DNA of 63,635 nt, filler included, from Octopus bimaculoides (taxonomy: Eukaryota): the NCBI RefSeq assembly GCF_001194135.2. It is 3 parts of 3 records of this genome, joined end to end, with 100 filler letters (N's around TTAATTAATTAA, not from the genome) between each part and the next. Parts side by side here need not be neighbours in the genome. Positions count along the whole stretch, not along the records: positions 27,237 to 58,239 come from NC_068985.1; 2 more parts are not named here. One strand, given 5' to 3'. The notes beneath the pieces were generated by a model. The model saw only the letters and a program-made list of their open reading frames with translations. It was not told the origin of the DNA and did not search any database. Each line of letters begins with the position of its first letter. Position 1 is the first letter of the stretch. Of this stretch, positions 38,303 to 52,070 are shown one piece after another. Position numbers and translations under genes: made by a program.

Positions 38303-39979
38303 CTGGAAAAAGAATCAAAGAAAATAACTCAACTAAAAAATAATAACTATAATAGTAAATTCATCATTATTGTTTTAACATCTACTTTTCCATACTTGCA
38401 TGGGTTAGATGCAATTTGTTAAGGCAAACTTTCTATTGCTAGATGTCCTTCCTATTGGCAATCTCAATTCGTTTCTAAGTAAGGTAATATTCCTTCATGA
38501 CTACACATATTTCCACAGAAGATTGGAAAAGAATGATATTGCTTGCATGATGGTGACACTTGTTTACAACTATCACATGACGCCAAGGACAAAATGTTGT
38601 CTATACACACACACATGCACACTGAGTGCATTTACAAGGCTTTGATTGGTCCAGGGCTATTGTAGAAGACACTTGCCCAGTGGGACTGAACCTGAAACCA
38701 TGTGGTCAGGAAACAAACTTCTTACTATGCAGCTACATCCGTGCCTACACAGCCACAACTGATACTCCATATGATATCTATGTCATATAGTATCCACTAT
38801 ATTGCTTTGTAAAGACTTTCCTTTCATAATTGTGACAATTTGATCTTCCAATTGATTCAAGGAGACTATATTTCCATTGTTTTTTTTCACTTTGCTAATA
38901 TTATCTATCAGCTGCAATTCCTGACAGAAGTATCACCTTTTTTGTGGAACATAGTGACAATAGAAGGATTCAACTCAGAATGCACAAATCCAGAACTGAT
39001 ACTGCAAGGCATTTAGTTCGTACTCTAACACTTAAACTAATCAATCACTCAAAAGGATGAAGGGTAAAGTTGACCTCACTGGGATTGGAACTCAAAGTGT
39101 ATAAAGTTGGAACATATACCATGAGGTATTCTATCTAACACTGAAACAATTTTGCCAATTGCTACCTGTACAAATAGAAGTATGACTTCTACTGTTGGGT
39201 TTAGAGCTCTATGTAGATTAACATCATCCAGTCTGCTTCAAGTATAATGGTTAAACTGCTACAATACTGAGTAGTATTACTTGTTATGATATACAGAGCC
39301 AATGTAAGAGAAATTATGATAAACACAGACATATTATCTTTTTTCAATTACCAATTCCACTCATTAGACTGTAGCCATACTGGGCCACAACCTTAAAGTA
39401 TCTTAGTCGAACGAATCAACTCCAGTATATTCTTTATTTTCTTTTTAAGCCTGATACTTATTCTATCAGTGTTTTTTGCCAAACTGTTAAGTTACAGACA
39501 TAAACACATGAATACACCAACGCCGGTTGTCAGGTGGTAGTGGGGGACAAACACAGACACACACACGCATGCATGCATGATGGGTTTCTTTCAGGTTCCA
39601 TCTGCCACTCACAAGGCCATTCACAAGGCTTTGGTCAACCCAAGGCTATAAGTATGTAATTCTGAAAGAGACTAATAATAGTCGCAAGAAAATAACATTG
39701 CTTAATGTTTATCAATTACACATTTTCTATTCATTGACAAAAGAAATATAATTTGGAGAAAAATGTTTCAAATATAGAGATATTAATATTTCTAAGTCTC
39801 TCTAAAGGAGACTACAGCAGCGGTACTGGATTTAATAGTTATTGCCAAGCTAACATGGCAGTCCAAAAATATAGGATGTTAATAGTTATCACCAATGGCA
39901 GCATTCATCCTATTTTTTTGGACTACCATGTTAGCTTGACAATAACTATTAATATGTTTCAAATATGATAGAAACTTAC

Positions 39980-40138
39980 TTGAAATGATAGTTTCAGCAT
40001 TACCCACGAAGATGGCCAGAAAGCATTCAAGGCAATTGTGTAGCCAATGCAAGTCAAAAGATTGATGATTATCATCGCTACATGGAATGAATGTACATGT
40101 ACTTGATGTCCCACATGAATATGATATATTGATAGACC
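39980..40138 (-). CDS. GDPD5: GDPD5/GDE2-like exon (159 nt), TM helices
   Basis: tatcattaacag|GGT CTA...TTT CAA|gtaagt. Encodes GLSIYHIHVGHQVHVHSFHVAMIIINLLTCIGYTIALNAFWPSSWVMLKLSFQ. Confidence 0.93.
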
Positions 40139-40602
40139 CTGTTAATGATAACATAAAATGGATGGAAGCATTGAAATAATCTAAAGTTACAGCATGAGGT
40201 AAAAATGGATTAAAGGGGAATTATTATCATAAAGCTTATAAAATGAAGGAATTAAAAAATAATTTATTCGTGCATAATTCCCAATGACAACTTAGTGAGA
40301 TCCGTTTGGTATGAGGGTTCTTAATTTGCTACCAGACAGTGTAACTGAACCTGAACCATATGGTTAGGAAGTGAACTTCTTAAGTACACAGATATGTCCA
40401 TATATATAATATATGATAGATCGCTAACCACTACACACATTTTTTTTCTCTCCTTGTTTCGTTCTGTGTTCCTTTCTGTGGAAGAGCATAGACTGGAAAC
40501 GTTAAAGACTTTTTCAATTCCTTTTTCAATTCAATTACTAATCCATCTATTTGTTTTCTACACCACTTGTCTTTGTCTGTTGTTGTTTTTTTTGTAAATT
40601 CT

Positions 40603-40647
<45 letters not shown>

Positions 40648-43160
40648 CTTGTATGTCTGTTACAAACCAAAGAGAGAACCTTTACATGGTCACTCAACTT
40701 GCTAGAAGTAGCATAGCCATCAGATGTCACTTAGCAAAAACTACATATGTGGTTTGTACCCTACAAATGGACCTCTTTGTCACTTCTGTTTCAAATTTCT
40801 GCTTTAAATATCTAACCTCAAAATAAATGTTATAAATACCCTTTTTATACTCTACAAATGTCTTTAAAACAAACAGGCAATAATGTTAAGAAGCAATTAA
40901 AGAGAGTATCATCTTTTCTCCCTGTTTAATATTTCAAAATACAACAGTAAGATCATGGCTTTATATTCCCCCCAGAATAATGACGTGTCATTGCAAGTTA
41001 AAGGTATAAAACATGATTAACCAGCTTATCGTTTCATCAATATTTCATTTGTTTAAAAATATCAACGTATTTTATATTATTGCAAAATGATAGTCACTTC
41101 TAACCAAACCAGTTCTTCTAGATGAATTGACATTGTATATTGTATATTATATATACAGTCTTTATCATGTTTTATGGGAAGGTAGCATCATTCTGACAGT
41201 TTGAAGCAGCAGCTGATTATATAGTCTATATCTNNNNNNNNNNAAGGTAGCATCATTCTGACAGTTTGAAGCAGCAGCTGATTATATAGTCTATATCTTG
41301 CTGCTTTGCAATGTCAGCACAATGAATATTTGATAACATATATCTATTTGAAAGCAGAGTTTACAGAGTCAAGTTCTGTCACATTCTACTGTCACAACAT
41401 TCAAAGGCAGCAATACATTTACTTCATATTAGCCTCTAAGATGAAAGTAATATCGCTGAAAATTATAAGAACTTCAACTCGTAACGAAGACAGTTTAATA
41501 ATCTTCAAGGCCTAGGTTTAGATAAAGATACTGAATAAAAAAATGCTGTGACCGGAAACCACTGTATAAATGAATTTCTTTCTTGACCTGACCTTAGACT
41601 TGACTGTATATTGAGATCATAAAAGGTCATAGCATTACAATGAACAATGGTCTATCTTTCTTCCTTCTTCGTGATATTAAAACACGTTTGGAAGAAGGTT
41701 GTGAACAAGATTCATAAAAATAAAACACATCGCTACACTGAGACTAGAAATAATACCATCTCTAGTGATAAAGCATTTTCATTTTGTTTTGTATTTTTAA
41801 TTAGTTTGAACAATAAAATTTGTGCATGTGTGCATCTTTTCCATGCTTGTATTGGCTGCACACAACATATATATATATTTCATCATCATCATTTAACATC
41901 TGTTTTCCATGCTGGCATGAGTTGGACAGTTTGACAGGAGCTGGCCAGCTGAAGAGCTGCACCAGGCTCCATGTCTGTTTTGTCATGGTTTCTTACAGCT
42001 AGATGCCCTTCCTAATGCCAATCACGTTATAGAGTGTACTGAGTGATTTTATGCAGCTCCAGCACATGTGTTTATGTAGTACCAGTATGGGTCCTACATG
42101 ACTAGGAATGTACAGCTAGAGAAGGATGCAGCGGTCATATCTGTATGCTAAGACAACCACAATTTTGCTTAACTTCATGTCTCTTCTCAGGCACAGCAAA
42201 CTGCCAGGATCTATGTCAAGTCCATATATTGTTTGAAGAATTAAAGGAAATTTTTACCTTGCTTAGATACAGTTGAGGGTTGGTGATTGCAAAAACATCC
42301 AGCTGCAAACGATTTGCCTCAACAAAAAAATGACAGTAGTCTATAAACAACCATTAACAATGTGCTGCATTGATGGCAGAGAGACTTAACTCTGAAATGC
42401 CCAGTTCACTTAAATGCAAGTAGAAACTACTAAGTACTAGTGCTATACTGAGGTTGACTGTATCAGTTCTATGACTTCTCCTCTGGCACTTATAGAAGTG
42501 AAATGGCAGCGAGAACATGACATGAGCTATGAGTGGGTTGAATCTGTTTCAAGTGTTTTTGCTGTGTTTCAGAGTAGAATGTTTTATTGTACATTATCAA
42601 AGTTCATTTATATGTTGGGAATAGATACCAAATTATCTGGAAATGTTACTTATCCAGGAGAGAAGATTCCTCTATTGTCTGTTTAATATCATAAAGCCGG
42701 CAATATGCATCAACCCTTTAATGTNNNNNNNNNNGGGAATAGATACCAAATTATCTGGAAATGTTACTTATCCAGGAGAGAAGATTTCTCTATTTTCTAT
42801 TTAATATCATAAAGCCGGCAATATGCATCAACCCTTTAATGTTCATTATGGTTGAAGATGTATTTACACTTTCACATTTGGTCTGGAAAGTAGACATGCT
42901 TACATTGTAAACACACAAGTACAATCCTTTCTCATTAATTGATTATACATTTACAAGGAGTCATTTCAGTTCATTATAATGCAGTACACAAAATAAAACT
43001 AAAAGTTAAACACAAACTGAAGGAAACATACATAGATATATCACGAGTAAAAATGTGGTATCATGAACTCTAAATGCAGTGATCTAACATAGCTAAATTA
43101 TATATTTCTGTTGCTATTTCTGTGAGCTAGAAAAATAATGTAAAAGTGAAAGCAACTTAC

Positions 43161-43257
43161 CACTAAAATTGCAAGATACACAAATGCAATCCCTATTCTG
43201 CACAGCATTATTGTATACCATGGAAAATATTTCAGTTTATATTTTACTGTAAAATAC
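43161..43257 (-). CDS. GDPD5: GDPD5/GDE2-like exon (97 nt)
   Basis: tgcttttccag|G TAT TTT...TTA GTG|gtaagt. Encodes (W)YFTVKYKLKYFPWYTIMLCRIGIAFVYLAILV. Phases 2 to 0 fit both neighbours. Confidence 0.9.
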
Positions 43258-43458
43258 CTGGAAAAGCAATAAATGAAAACTTGTTAAATCATCATTATCA
43301 TCATCATTTAACGTCCATGTTCCATTCTAGCATGGGTGGGACTAGAAAGGAAAATCATCTTGTGGTTTGTTTTCTTTTGGCTTTTGCTTGTGTTTTTACT
43401 TATTGGGTGTGGTGGAAAGGGCAGTGTCCCTGCCTTCACAGGTCCTTCTATTATAAAT

Positions 43459-43710
43459 CAGTGGTTCTCAAGTGGGGTCCACATGACCCTTGGGGGTCTA
43501 CATAAGATTTTGTTGCTAAAATTATGTGCAATAAATTGATTATACTTCTACAATAAACAAAATATTTCAACAATTTTTTAATATAATTCTTAATAATATT
43601 TAATTATAGAAATGTAATAAGATTTTAAAACTTCAAATGATTATGAGGCTCCATCAGAATAAAATAGGAATGAAAAAGGTCCATAGACAAAAAATGCTTC
43701 AGAACCACTG
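43459..43710. mobile_element. hAT (Charlie-like) MITE
   Basis: TIR cagtggttct / agaaccactg. Same family as 30560-30789. Confidence 0.8.
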
Positions 43711-44679
43711 TTCTATAGCAAAGCAACTAATACTGTTAGTGTTTCTTTTGAACCTTTGGAAGCCAATGAGAAGAGAAACAAATCCAGAGAGCCAACGTCC
43801 TAGGAGGGATGAAATGGCTACAGTGATTAGTGTGCTTGGATGGGTCAGACAGAATTTCTTGAGGCAGATTTTCGACAGACAGATTCCCTTCCTGTGGCCA
43901 GCTCTCACCTGCTTCTAGGCTAGTTAATACTTCCTACAGCCAGACATGTTATTCAATAGAAGACTGGAAATGAACAACATTGTTTTTGCAATGTTGATGC
44001 TTGACAAGGGTACACACACACACATGGTGGGCTTCTTTCAGTTTCTGTCAACCAAATCCACTTTTGGTTGGCTCAGAGCTATAGACATGTGCCCAAGATG
44101 TTGCACAGTGGGACTGAACCCAAGACACGTGGCTGGAAAACAAGCTTCTTAACCACATAGCCATGTTTGCACCTAATATATAAATCAAAAATATTTCCTA
44201 AGTAGGAAATTTATATTTTGAAATATTTCAGCCTAATTCACATTTCCTTAAACAATACCAGATGTGAAAGGTTCCCTTGTGAGTTTAGCTCTGAGAACAA
44301 TAATCTCATTTATGAGCCACCACTCTCTACCACCAACCTTCAACCCTATCCGATCTTTACAGATGTTGCCTAATTCCCCTTCCCTTTTCTATTCCCCCAT
44401 CTCTTGCTCCACTCCTACACTCCTGCAAACCAACTACCTACACTCATATTTCTTCTGTCCTCACTCCTACTCACTTAGTATTGTTGTGTCTTGAGGGGCC
44501 ACCAGGACATCCCATCACCATAATTTATTTTTACCAACTTCTACTGATAATTCTTAACCTCTTTACTAAATATGAATAACTGTGTAGTTCCTTCAAAACA
44601 AAAAACTGCTCTGCACACCCTCTAATACTTTAACCCTTTATCTCCTAGTATAAAACCAATCTCCCATCCCCCAGGGTTC

Positions 44680-45200
44680 ATAGTCTTGCAAGCTGCATGG
44701 TGACCCGAATAGAGCTGGTGACATGCAAAAAGCATCCAGTAAACTTGTCCAGGCTATACTTATTCTAGCAGCTAATCTCTCAGAGCATCCAATCCCACTA
44801 CTGACTTGGTCACCAATGTAACAGAAGCTATCAACTACTCGTAGTTTTTCCCCCTGGCATGTGATGGAAGCTGTTTTCTGCACATTTTCAGTGTTTATTG
44901 CCTCTGAGCATTTGCCCCACACAAAAATTATCTTTCCAGTTAGTCTTCCTTTGATATTGTTGCACTTCTTATGTGTCCATAGCTTACACCAGCTACATCT
45001 TATAGAGTTTCTACCTATGCCTTTTATACAGATTGAGCAGGGCCATCTTCCTGAATGGATTTGTCATTTGTCTCCCTTCCTACTTGTTAAGACTTTGGTT
45101 TTTGCTAGATTGACTCTAAGGCCCTTTAATTCTAGACCTTGCTTCCACACCTGAAACTTCTCTTCTAGTTCCGGTAGTGACTCAGCTATTAGAGTAAGGT
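44680..45200 (-). mobile_element. RTE-clade LINE fragment
   Basis: RVVDSFCYIGDQVSSGIGCSERLAARISIAW and upstream NADDLTLIAES. Confidence 0.8.
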
Positions 45201-46056
45201 CGTCAGCATTGCGAATCTATCCATACCACCAGTGTTTATCAAAGAGAAAGGCTGCTTATTTCGGCCAACACAGTTTGGAACCTGTTCCAGTGCAGGCATT
45301 GCAATCAAAACACAAAAAAGTTTATACAGATTCCACAAGAATTTCACCCAATCGTCTATCACTTTCACCAATTCATCTTCCTGGATTAATGCTTCTTTAT
45401 TGGTCCCAAAAGAATGGAAGGCTGGGTTGACCTAGGTGGGATTTGAACTCACAGTGCAGAGAGTCAGAACAAATACTGTGAGAAATCCAACCCAACATGT
45501 AACACCTCAGCCAATGTGCAACAAGAGATAAAAGAGAAAGATATGATTAAAAAAAAGGTTTCAATTTTAAATCAGTCTTTCAAAACTAAAGCAAGAAATA
45601 TATAAAATACATTGGATATATAAGCATATTTAAAGAAATATATTAAAATTGCCATCTGTGTATCATACAAAATGTATATACACCGTTAGAAGGTATGAAT
45701 TGTTGCATTAAAATCACAATTTATATAGGACTGAGATGAATATCATCACTGCAGTGACTCACAAGAACTGCAGACACATTTCTTCTTTGTTGAGCTTTCT
45801 CAATGCTAGGCACTTGCTTAAACAAAACACACATGTATGCATGCATGCACACACACACAAGCACATATACAGAGGCAGGCGTGACTGTGTGGTACAAAAC
45901 TTGCTTCCCAACTTCATGGTTCCAGGTTCAGTCCCACTGTGTGATACCTTGGGCAAGTATCTTCTGCTATAGCTTAGGGTGGAAACTGAAAGAAGCCTGT
46001 CACACACACACACACACACTTCCTCTAATATAATTGGAAACAAATTTGCTACTCAC

Positions 46057-46160
46057 CAATTAAAATCATTTGCATAATTCTCAACCACAAGCCAGAAGTA
46101 CAAGAAGAAAGTCATATAGATGAAAGTAATTAGGAGAATTACTAGTATGATTAAGTCTTT
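46057..46160 (-). CDS. GDPD5: GDPD5/GDE2-like exon (104 nt), first TM helix
   Basis: tctttgttgcag|AAA GAC...AAT TG|gtgagt. Encodes KDLIILVILLITFIYMTFFLYFWLVVENYANDFN(W). Confidence 0.94.
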
Positions 46161-46985
46161 CTGCAACAAAGACAAAATAATAAAACTGTGATTAGTACTT
46201 AAATGAATGGTAACAGCACAAAATTGGAAGCTGACTGAAAGTTTACTCTTTAGAAATAAAATAATTACAGAAACAATAATATTAAATCAATTATATTAAA
46301 ATATAAAAAAAGTATCAAAATTATAGACAGGAGCCAATAACATGCATAAGATAACTTTCAGATACAATTCTTCTAAACAACAACAACAAATGTAAATCAT
46401 TTCCGAAGAAAAGAAAATTGATTTTATTATATTGATTTGTAACAGGCACATGGCTACACATTCTGGAGGGAAGAACAGACCATCATTCCAACCCCAGTGC
46501 TTGTATCGAAATTGTTTTTATGAAATCCTGAATGATGAAAGACCTATCTGCTCTCAGTGAGATTTAGACTCAAAATGTAAAGAAGCATAACTATGTTACT
46601 TACATGTGTGTAAATTACACCCCTAATTTAGTATTAAACCTTGGTACAAAGGTTGCATAGAGTATTAGTTTAATCTTTACCCCACGTATAAGTAGGTCCC
46701 CAGTTTTTCTAGTATAAAATAGTGCAAATTATATATGGGTAAATGCAATAATTACTACATGGCATTTTATTCTGTTGATTTTATAATATCTTCATTTCTA
46801 ACATTGACACAAGTCCTCATATTTTGGAGGAAAAGTTATCATCAATTAAATCAACTGCAGTACTTATAAAAAAGAAAAACTGATATATTACCAAAAAGTA
46901 ACATTCATAAGTAAGAAGGGAAAAATATGACATCTCAGTAAAGACAGAAGTTTACAAATATCCAAAATAGTCATTGGCATCTTAC

Positions 46986-47057
46986 CTTCGTCAGCTGATG
47001 ATGCTTTGCCACGGAGGATGCTGGCGGTTCTGATGGCTTCACTTCTGCAGACATCAT
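46986..47057 (-). CDS. Candidate alternative first coding segment of the GDPD gene (within a putative exon 46986-47120)
   Basis: Strong acceptor (ctttcctttgtttttatcag at 47121), ATGATG at 47057, MMSAEVKPSEPPASSVAKHHQLTK, and a phase-0 donor AAG|gtaag compatible with the 46160 exon. Confidence 0.5.
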
Positions 47058-47423
47058 AAATTAGTTTTCCGGCTGTTTATTAGAAGTAATTCAGGCAGGA
47101 CTAGTGTATTACACTTAACACTGATAAAAACAAAGGAAAGAAAACCTTGTCGATTATTTTATCCAAAGACTGCTAGATGCAATGCTGTTAGATACACACA
47201 TCAACTTCTCTCTCATATCATCCTCAGGCTGAATTGATACCGTCTTATAAAGACTGCTTTAAGATTAGGCTATTAAAAGAGAAAAGTGTTCACATGTACA
47301 GTTTCTCAAGTTAGCATCTGCTTCAAAAGAACTAAACAGAAAGGAGACAAAAATATACAAACAATATCAAAGAAAAAAAACACATCCAAAGCTTTAGAAG
47401 AGATTTGTGAGTGGAGACTTTAA

Positions 47424-47642
47424 CCCTTTCATTATCAACTGGCTGAAACTGGCTCTGGTTCTGAGTACAAATGTCTTGTTTTCATAAATTTTGATTCAAA
47501 ATCTTCCACCAAACCTTAGTCACAATTTATGTTCCTAACACTAGCTGAATGATAATTAAGTTATTTTACTAAATTCTTTGTTATATTTAAAGTAATTCAA
47601 AGGAACACAGAGCATCTCAAAATAAATACAGTAACGAAAGCG
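47424..47642. mobile_element. piggyBac-like MITE
   Basis: TTAA at 47420-47423 and 47643-47646. TIR ccctttcatta / taacgaaagcg. Confidence 0.7.
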
Positions 47643-49799
47643 TTAAGATAGCAGAAAATCTGACAACCTCAACACTGTAAAAGTTATGCCACTATATTAA
47701 TGCGCAGATCACAACTACGAAACTAGACTTTTCAAAGTTTATTTATATTTTAGCACTTAATAACAGGCAACATATGTCCCTAATGAATACCATTATTCCT
47801 GTAATTACCCTCTCATTTAAAAGAACAATAGATTACATTCTGTAGTAAGTAAGTATATCAGCAAACACTAAACCAAGAGGAGGGAGAAGAGTAAATCCTT
47901 ATAACTATTTGTCAGAATTTTGAAGACTAGCTATAATAATTTACCAATGATTTCAGCTGTGGTTAACTGGCACCAATGTTAGGTGGTAACACTGACAGAT
48001 TAGCTTTATATTTTCATTTTAATAAAACAAGAGCTTTCAGTATGAATTTAAGTATCTTTCTTTCAATATTCATTGATAATACATAAAATTATAATGATGA
48101 TTTGAAATTCTCTAATGAATAAGCATTAGTGAATGAAGTACTTTCAGGAATCGGAAATAAAAGGAATGATAGGATAATTCCCCTACAGACACATAGTGCT
48201 CACCAAACAATAATAATGATTATTACTATGATAAAAAATAATTAGTGCCCTACAAAGATTTTCCAGTTTGTTCCTCTGGTGTATTTAAAGTATATTTTGA
48301 TCACATATATACATACTATGAATAAAAAATAATCACACTAAAAGTATCGAGATTTTAAAAATTTCAACAAGAAAAATATCAAAACCAAGCTGAACTAAAT
48401 ACTATGAAAAATATGGCAAAGTTTAAAATTATTTATATATGGTACAATACGGAATCCAGGGAAATTGGTATCTGTCTGCATAGGTAAAGATTAATTCCTA
48501 GATTTCATAGAAGAATTCAATGAGTAGATTTTCTGTGAGGAGTAAAAGAGTTTAAGTTTGAACACTTGCCCTTCTTTCTACAGAGGAATTATATAAAAGT
48601 GTAATTGCTTTGGTCACAAAATTGCGAATGAAAAATGGAATAAAATGATAGTATCATGTCAGGAATGAGCAGCAATGTAGGAAGAGAGGGTGAAAAGCTG
48701 GTGACAAGTGCTATGAGTTATGAGCAAGGTGAATCATGGGGGATGAAATAAATATAAAAAAATGAGAGGTGGTGAGGACCAGATTAAGTGAGGTGGTAGA
48801 TAGTATAAAGAACTCATAACAAAGAGAGAGGTGGACAATACCAAGGAGGGAGAAACGGAATGGAAGTGGGAACTTGCAAAGAACTGAGTTTAATAAGGCA
48901 TGGCCAAGAACTGTAAAATAATTTATGACAGTAAGGAGTGAGTAGAACTGTAAAGAAAATTAATAGTGTCTAGAGTGGAGGTCATTAGGGATGGAAAGAA
49001 ATATATAGTAGTCTGTGACAGGATGTGGGTGGTGGGGGGACTAGAGGGCGAATATACTAAAATGGATTATAGGCACAATCCAACTACATGCTGCACACTA
49101 TGTGAAGTACATGCATACGACTGCATTCAAAATAGCTAACCAGTACAGTGTGTATAATATGTGAAGTACATGCATACAGTGGCATTCAAAATAACTAATC
49201 ATACAGTACATGGATATATAGACACACATAAGCAACACAGCACAAATATATATACATCACACAACAAGAGCATTTTTTTGTTTCTTTTTTTCTTTTTTTT
49301 GTATTTTGAGGATGAAGGAGTTTGAAAGCGGAAGGCAGAATTAAAGGAAGCTGAGATGTAAATTCAGACCCTAAGGTGCCAAATTACCCATGCTGAAGAA
49401 GGTGTTTTGGGTATAATGAGACTTGCAAACACTGTGTATTTACAAGTCCCATTCTACCCAAAGTGTTGGAGAATGGCACAATCTGAGAGGTGATCAGCAG
49501 AGTGACTGAGCAAGTTAGAGCTAGACTACAAGTTTTTGAGGACTTCTTGGATGTTTTTATGGACATCCAGTAAATGCTCACAGAACCTGCTTTACCTATG
49601 TATTAAGTCTTTTGTTATCAAATTTTTGTTGAAATACAGTCTTTGTTTTAGTTAATTTTTAAAAAATACAAAGTTTATAAATATAATTTTGTTATTATAC
49701 AGATGGTATTTGGATATACATTACCATAGAGTTTTATTGATAGGTTTTAATTAAGATCACTTTAAAACAAAGAGTTTGTATCTTAGAATAAGAGGCAGT

Positions 49800-51000
49800 T
49801 TCAGGTGTGTTGGTATCAAAAGTTAATCTCCACAAAGCTTGAAGACTACGCAGCATATAAGGTTAGAAGAAATGCAGTGTGAGTGATTGATCACATTGAC
49901 TGAAGGCTTGAACCTAACAGAATTAAAGGGACATGTAAGCTTCATGGTTAGACCATATAGATGTGCCCAGATTGGATGTGTCTAGGGGCAAGTGAACTCC
50001 TGACCAGAAGGTTACATTGAATCTTATCCTTGTTGAAGGACAGGACTGGAGGCATGGAAAAGATGGGATCAATTGAAAAGCAGAAGGTGGAACTGTGAAG
50101 CAGAGTGCTCTGAAGTGACTCAGTCACTTCAGAGGATGGAGAGGGGAATCCAGACTCTGGAAGAGTGACTGTTCGGCATGAGTGCAACAGTACAGTTCAT
50201 TGACTGAACTCAAGAGAGGTCAGTATTCACAACAGGTTGAGGGTACCTAAGTGAGAGGAAAGATTGATGCATTACTTGAAAATGAGTCATATCTTTGTTG
50301 CAGAGATGGAGAAATGAGAAGATTTGTGAGAACAATATGGTAGATTTGATGTGAGGAAGAAAGTAGAGAGATAAATGATACTGATAGAGACAAAAATATC
50401 TAGAAAGTTCATGAAAGTATTAGAGATGATGGAAGTAAAAGGTGAGTTACTTTCTGGTGAGAGAGGTTGCACTGATACAGTCACCAATGTAATGACCCAT
50501 AGCTAAAGGGTAAACCTAGAAAACAGGGCAAAAAGTTAGGTTTAATAGGGCCAACAAACAAGTTGATGTGATTGGGGTCATCTTGATGCCAATAGCTATG
50601 CCACCCAGGTGTTGGTAGAACACACTGGAATAGGAAAAGCAATGAACAGTGTGAGAATGAATTCAGTTTGGAAGAGGAGAGTAGAGGTTCTGGGTTCAAA
50701 TGTGTGGTGTGAAGGTAAAAAAAGAATTTAAGGACTGGTAGGTCATTGTCATTTTAGATGATGTTAAACAAGGATTTGAGCTCTATGGCAAAGAGAAATT
50801 TAGAAGGTCCAGAGGTGGGTGGTATGGTTGGTGTCCTTATGAAAGCAGCAGCCAGAAGGAGCATAATTTGGTTGAGATAGTTACAGATTAGTTTGGCAGA
50901 GCATCAAGTAGAGAAAATAGGGCAGCTAAGAGCGTTGGGTTTGGGAGTTTGGGAGGAGAAAGTAGATAATGGAAGTATGGTGAGTTTGTGATGAAGTTGA
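49800..51000 (-). mobile_element. Decayed Penelope-like retroelement (RT and GIY-YIG)
   Basis: FYQHLGGIAIGIKMT/PNHINLFVG, HYIGDC (from RYIDD), FMNFLDIFVS, PIFSMPPVLSFNKDK...LLVRSSL and HCISSNLICCV. Confidence 0.8.
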
Positions 51001-51599
51001 TTACTGTTGGAGAAAGTAAAGAGAAAGAAATGAGTTTTGTATAATGATGGAGAAATGTTTTAGATTGAAAAGTATGCTGTTGCTGAGCAGTTTCTGGTAA
51101 AACTGCAATTCACTTAAACGATGGAAGGTTTCTTTCATGTTGAGATCCATCTACCAAACCATTACTACTTTGCCTTTGTCAGCCAGTTTAATGAATATGT
51201 TACAAATTTGTTAAAACTGACAGAATTCAACAAGTTCTGGAGATATTAAAACAATTGTCACTTCTGGAAGGTAAAAATGATCCCAATTGTGATGGCATTT
51301 CGGTTGGAACAGATTCAATGAATTTTACTGCCCCAAATTGCTATAGATATCCAATTGCAGCAATGCTTATGCACAATATACTAAGCTTGAGGTATTCCTC
51401 TGTATTTGCAGCAACTTTTCAATGACTTAACAATTTGCTGTCCTGAAACAGTTTTCTTGTACTTGTTTGACTTTCTAATAGCTAGGAAGTGAATTGATTT
51501 GGGTTAATGCATCACCATATAAACTATGCCATATGGTATCACATTAGCAATAATAAAACAGCTTGCTAAACTTTTTGCTCATAAATAAATATATATTCC

Positions 51600-52070
51600 A
51601 GAACATCCAATTGAGTTTGATGACTAGCTCATTTTGGGAGGACTTGAAAAAGATCACACAGTTTCAGTTGAATAATTGGCAAGCAAGCTTCATTCATATC
51701 ATACAACTATTCACCGCCATCTTCAAGAGCTTGGGAAGGCCCCAAACTCGCAAATGGGTGCTTCATGAAGTGTCTGAAGCCAACCGCAAATACCGAGTGG
51801 ACTTCGGCTCTTCTCTTCATTCTCGTGGGACAGAGAGGTGACCGGTGATGAAAAATGGGCCCACTACCAAAATATCAAGAGTCCTAGACATTGGCTTGTG
51901 AGGGGGAAAAGGACCCAACCACAACCAGAATGAGAACTCCATGTGAAGACGGCTCTTCTCTCTGTTTGGTGGGATTCCAAAGGAGGTATCCACTTTGAGT
52001 TGCTACGAACTAATGCAACAATCAATGCTCAAATCTACTGTTAGCTCTTATAGACGTTTGTAACCCAGCT
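51600..52070 (+). mobile_element. Mariner transposase remnant
   Basis: HTTIHRHLQELGK...VTGDEKWAHYQN...LLSVWWDSKGGIHFELL...TINAQIYC. Confidence 0.85.

Noticed and set aside
41178-41299. Direct repeats on both sides of 10-N gaps (also 42614-42842)
   Set aside because: Typical unmerged contig overlaps or allelic ends; the 41.2-kb copies are identical.
43336-43539. Plus-strand hydrophobic ORF resembling a signal or lipoprotein peptide
   Set aside because: Runs from an RTE-tail repeat into a hAT MITE, with no splice or homology support.
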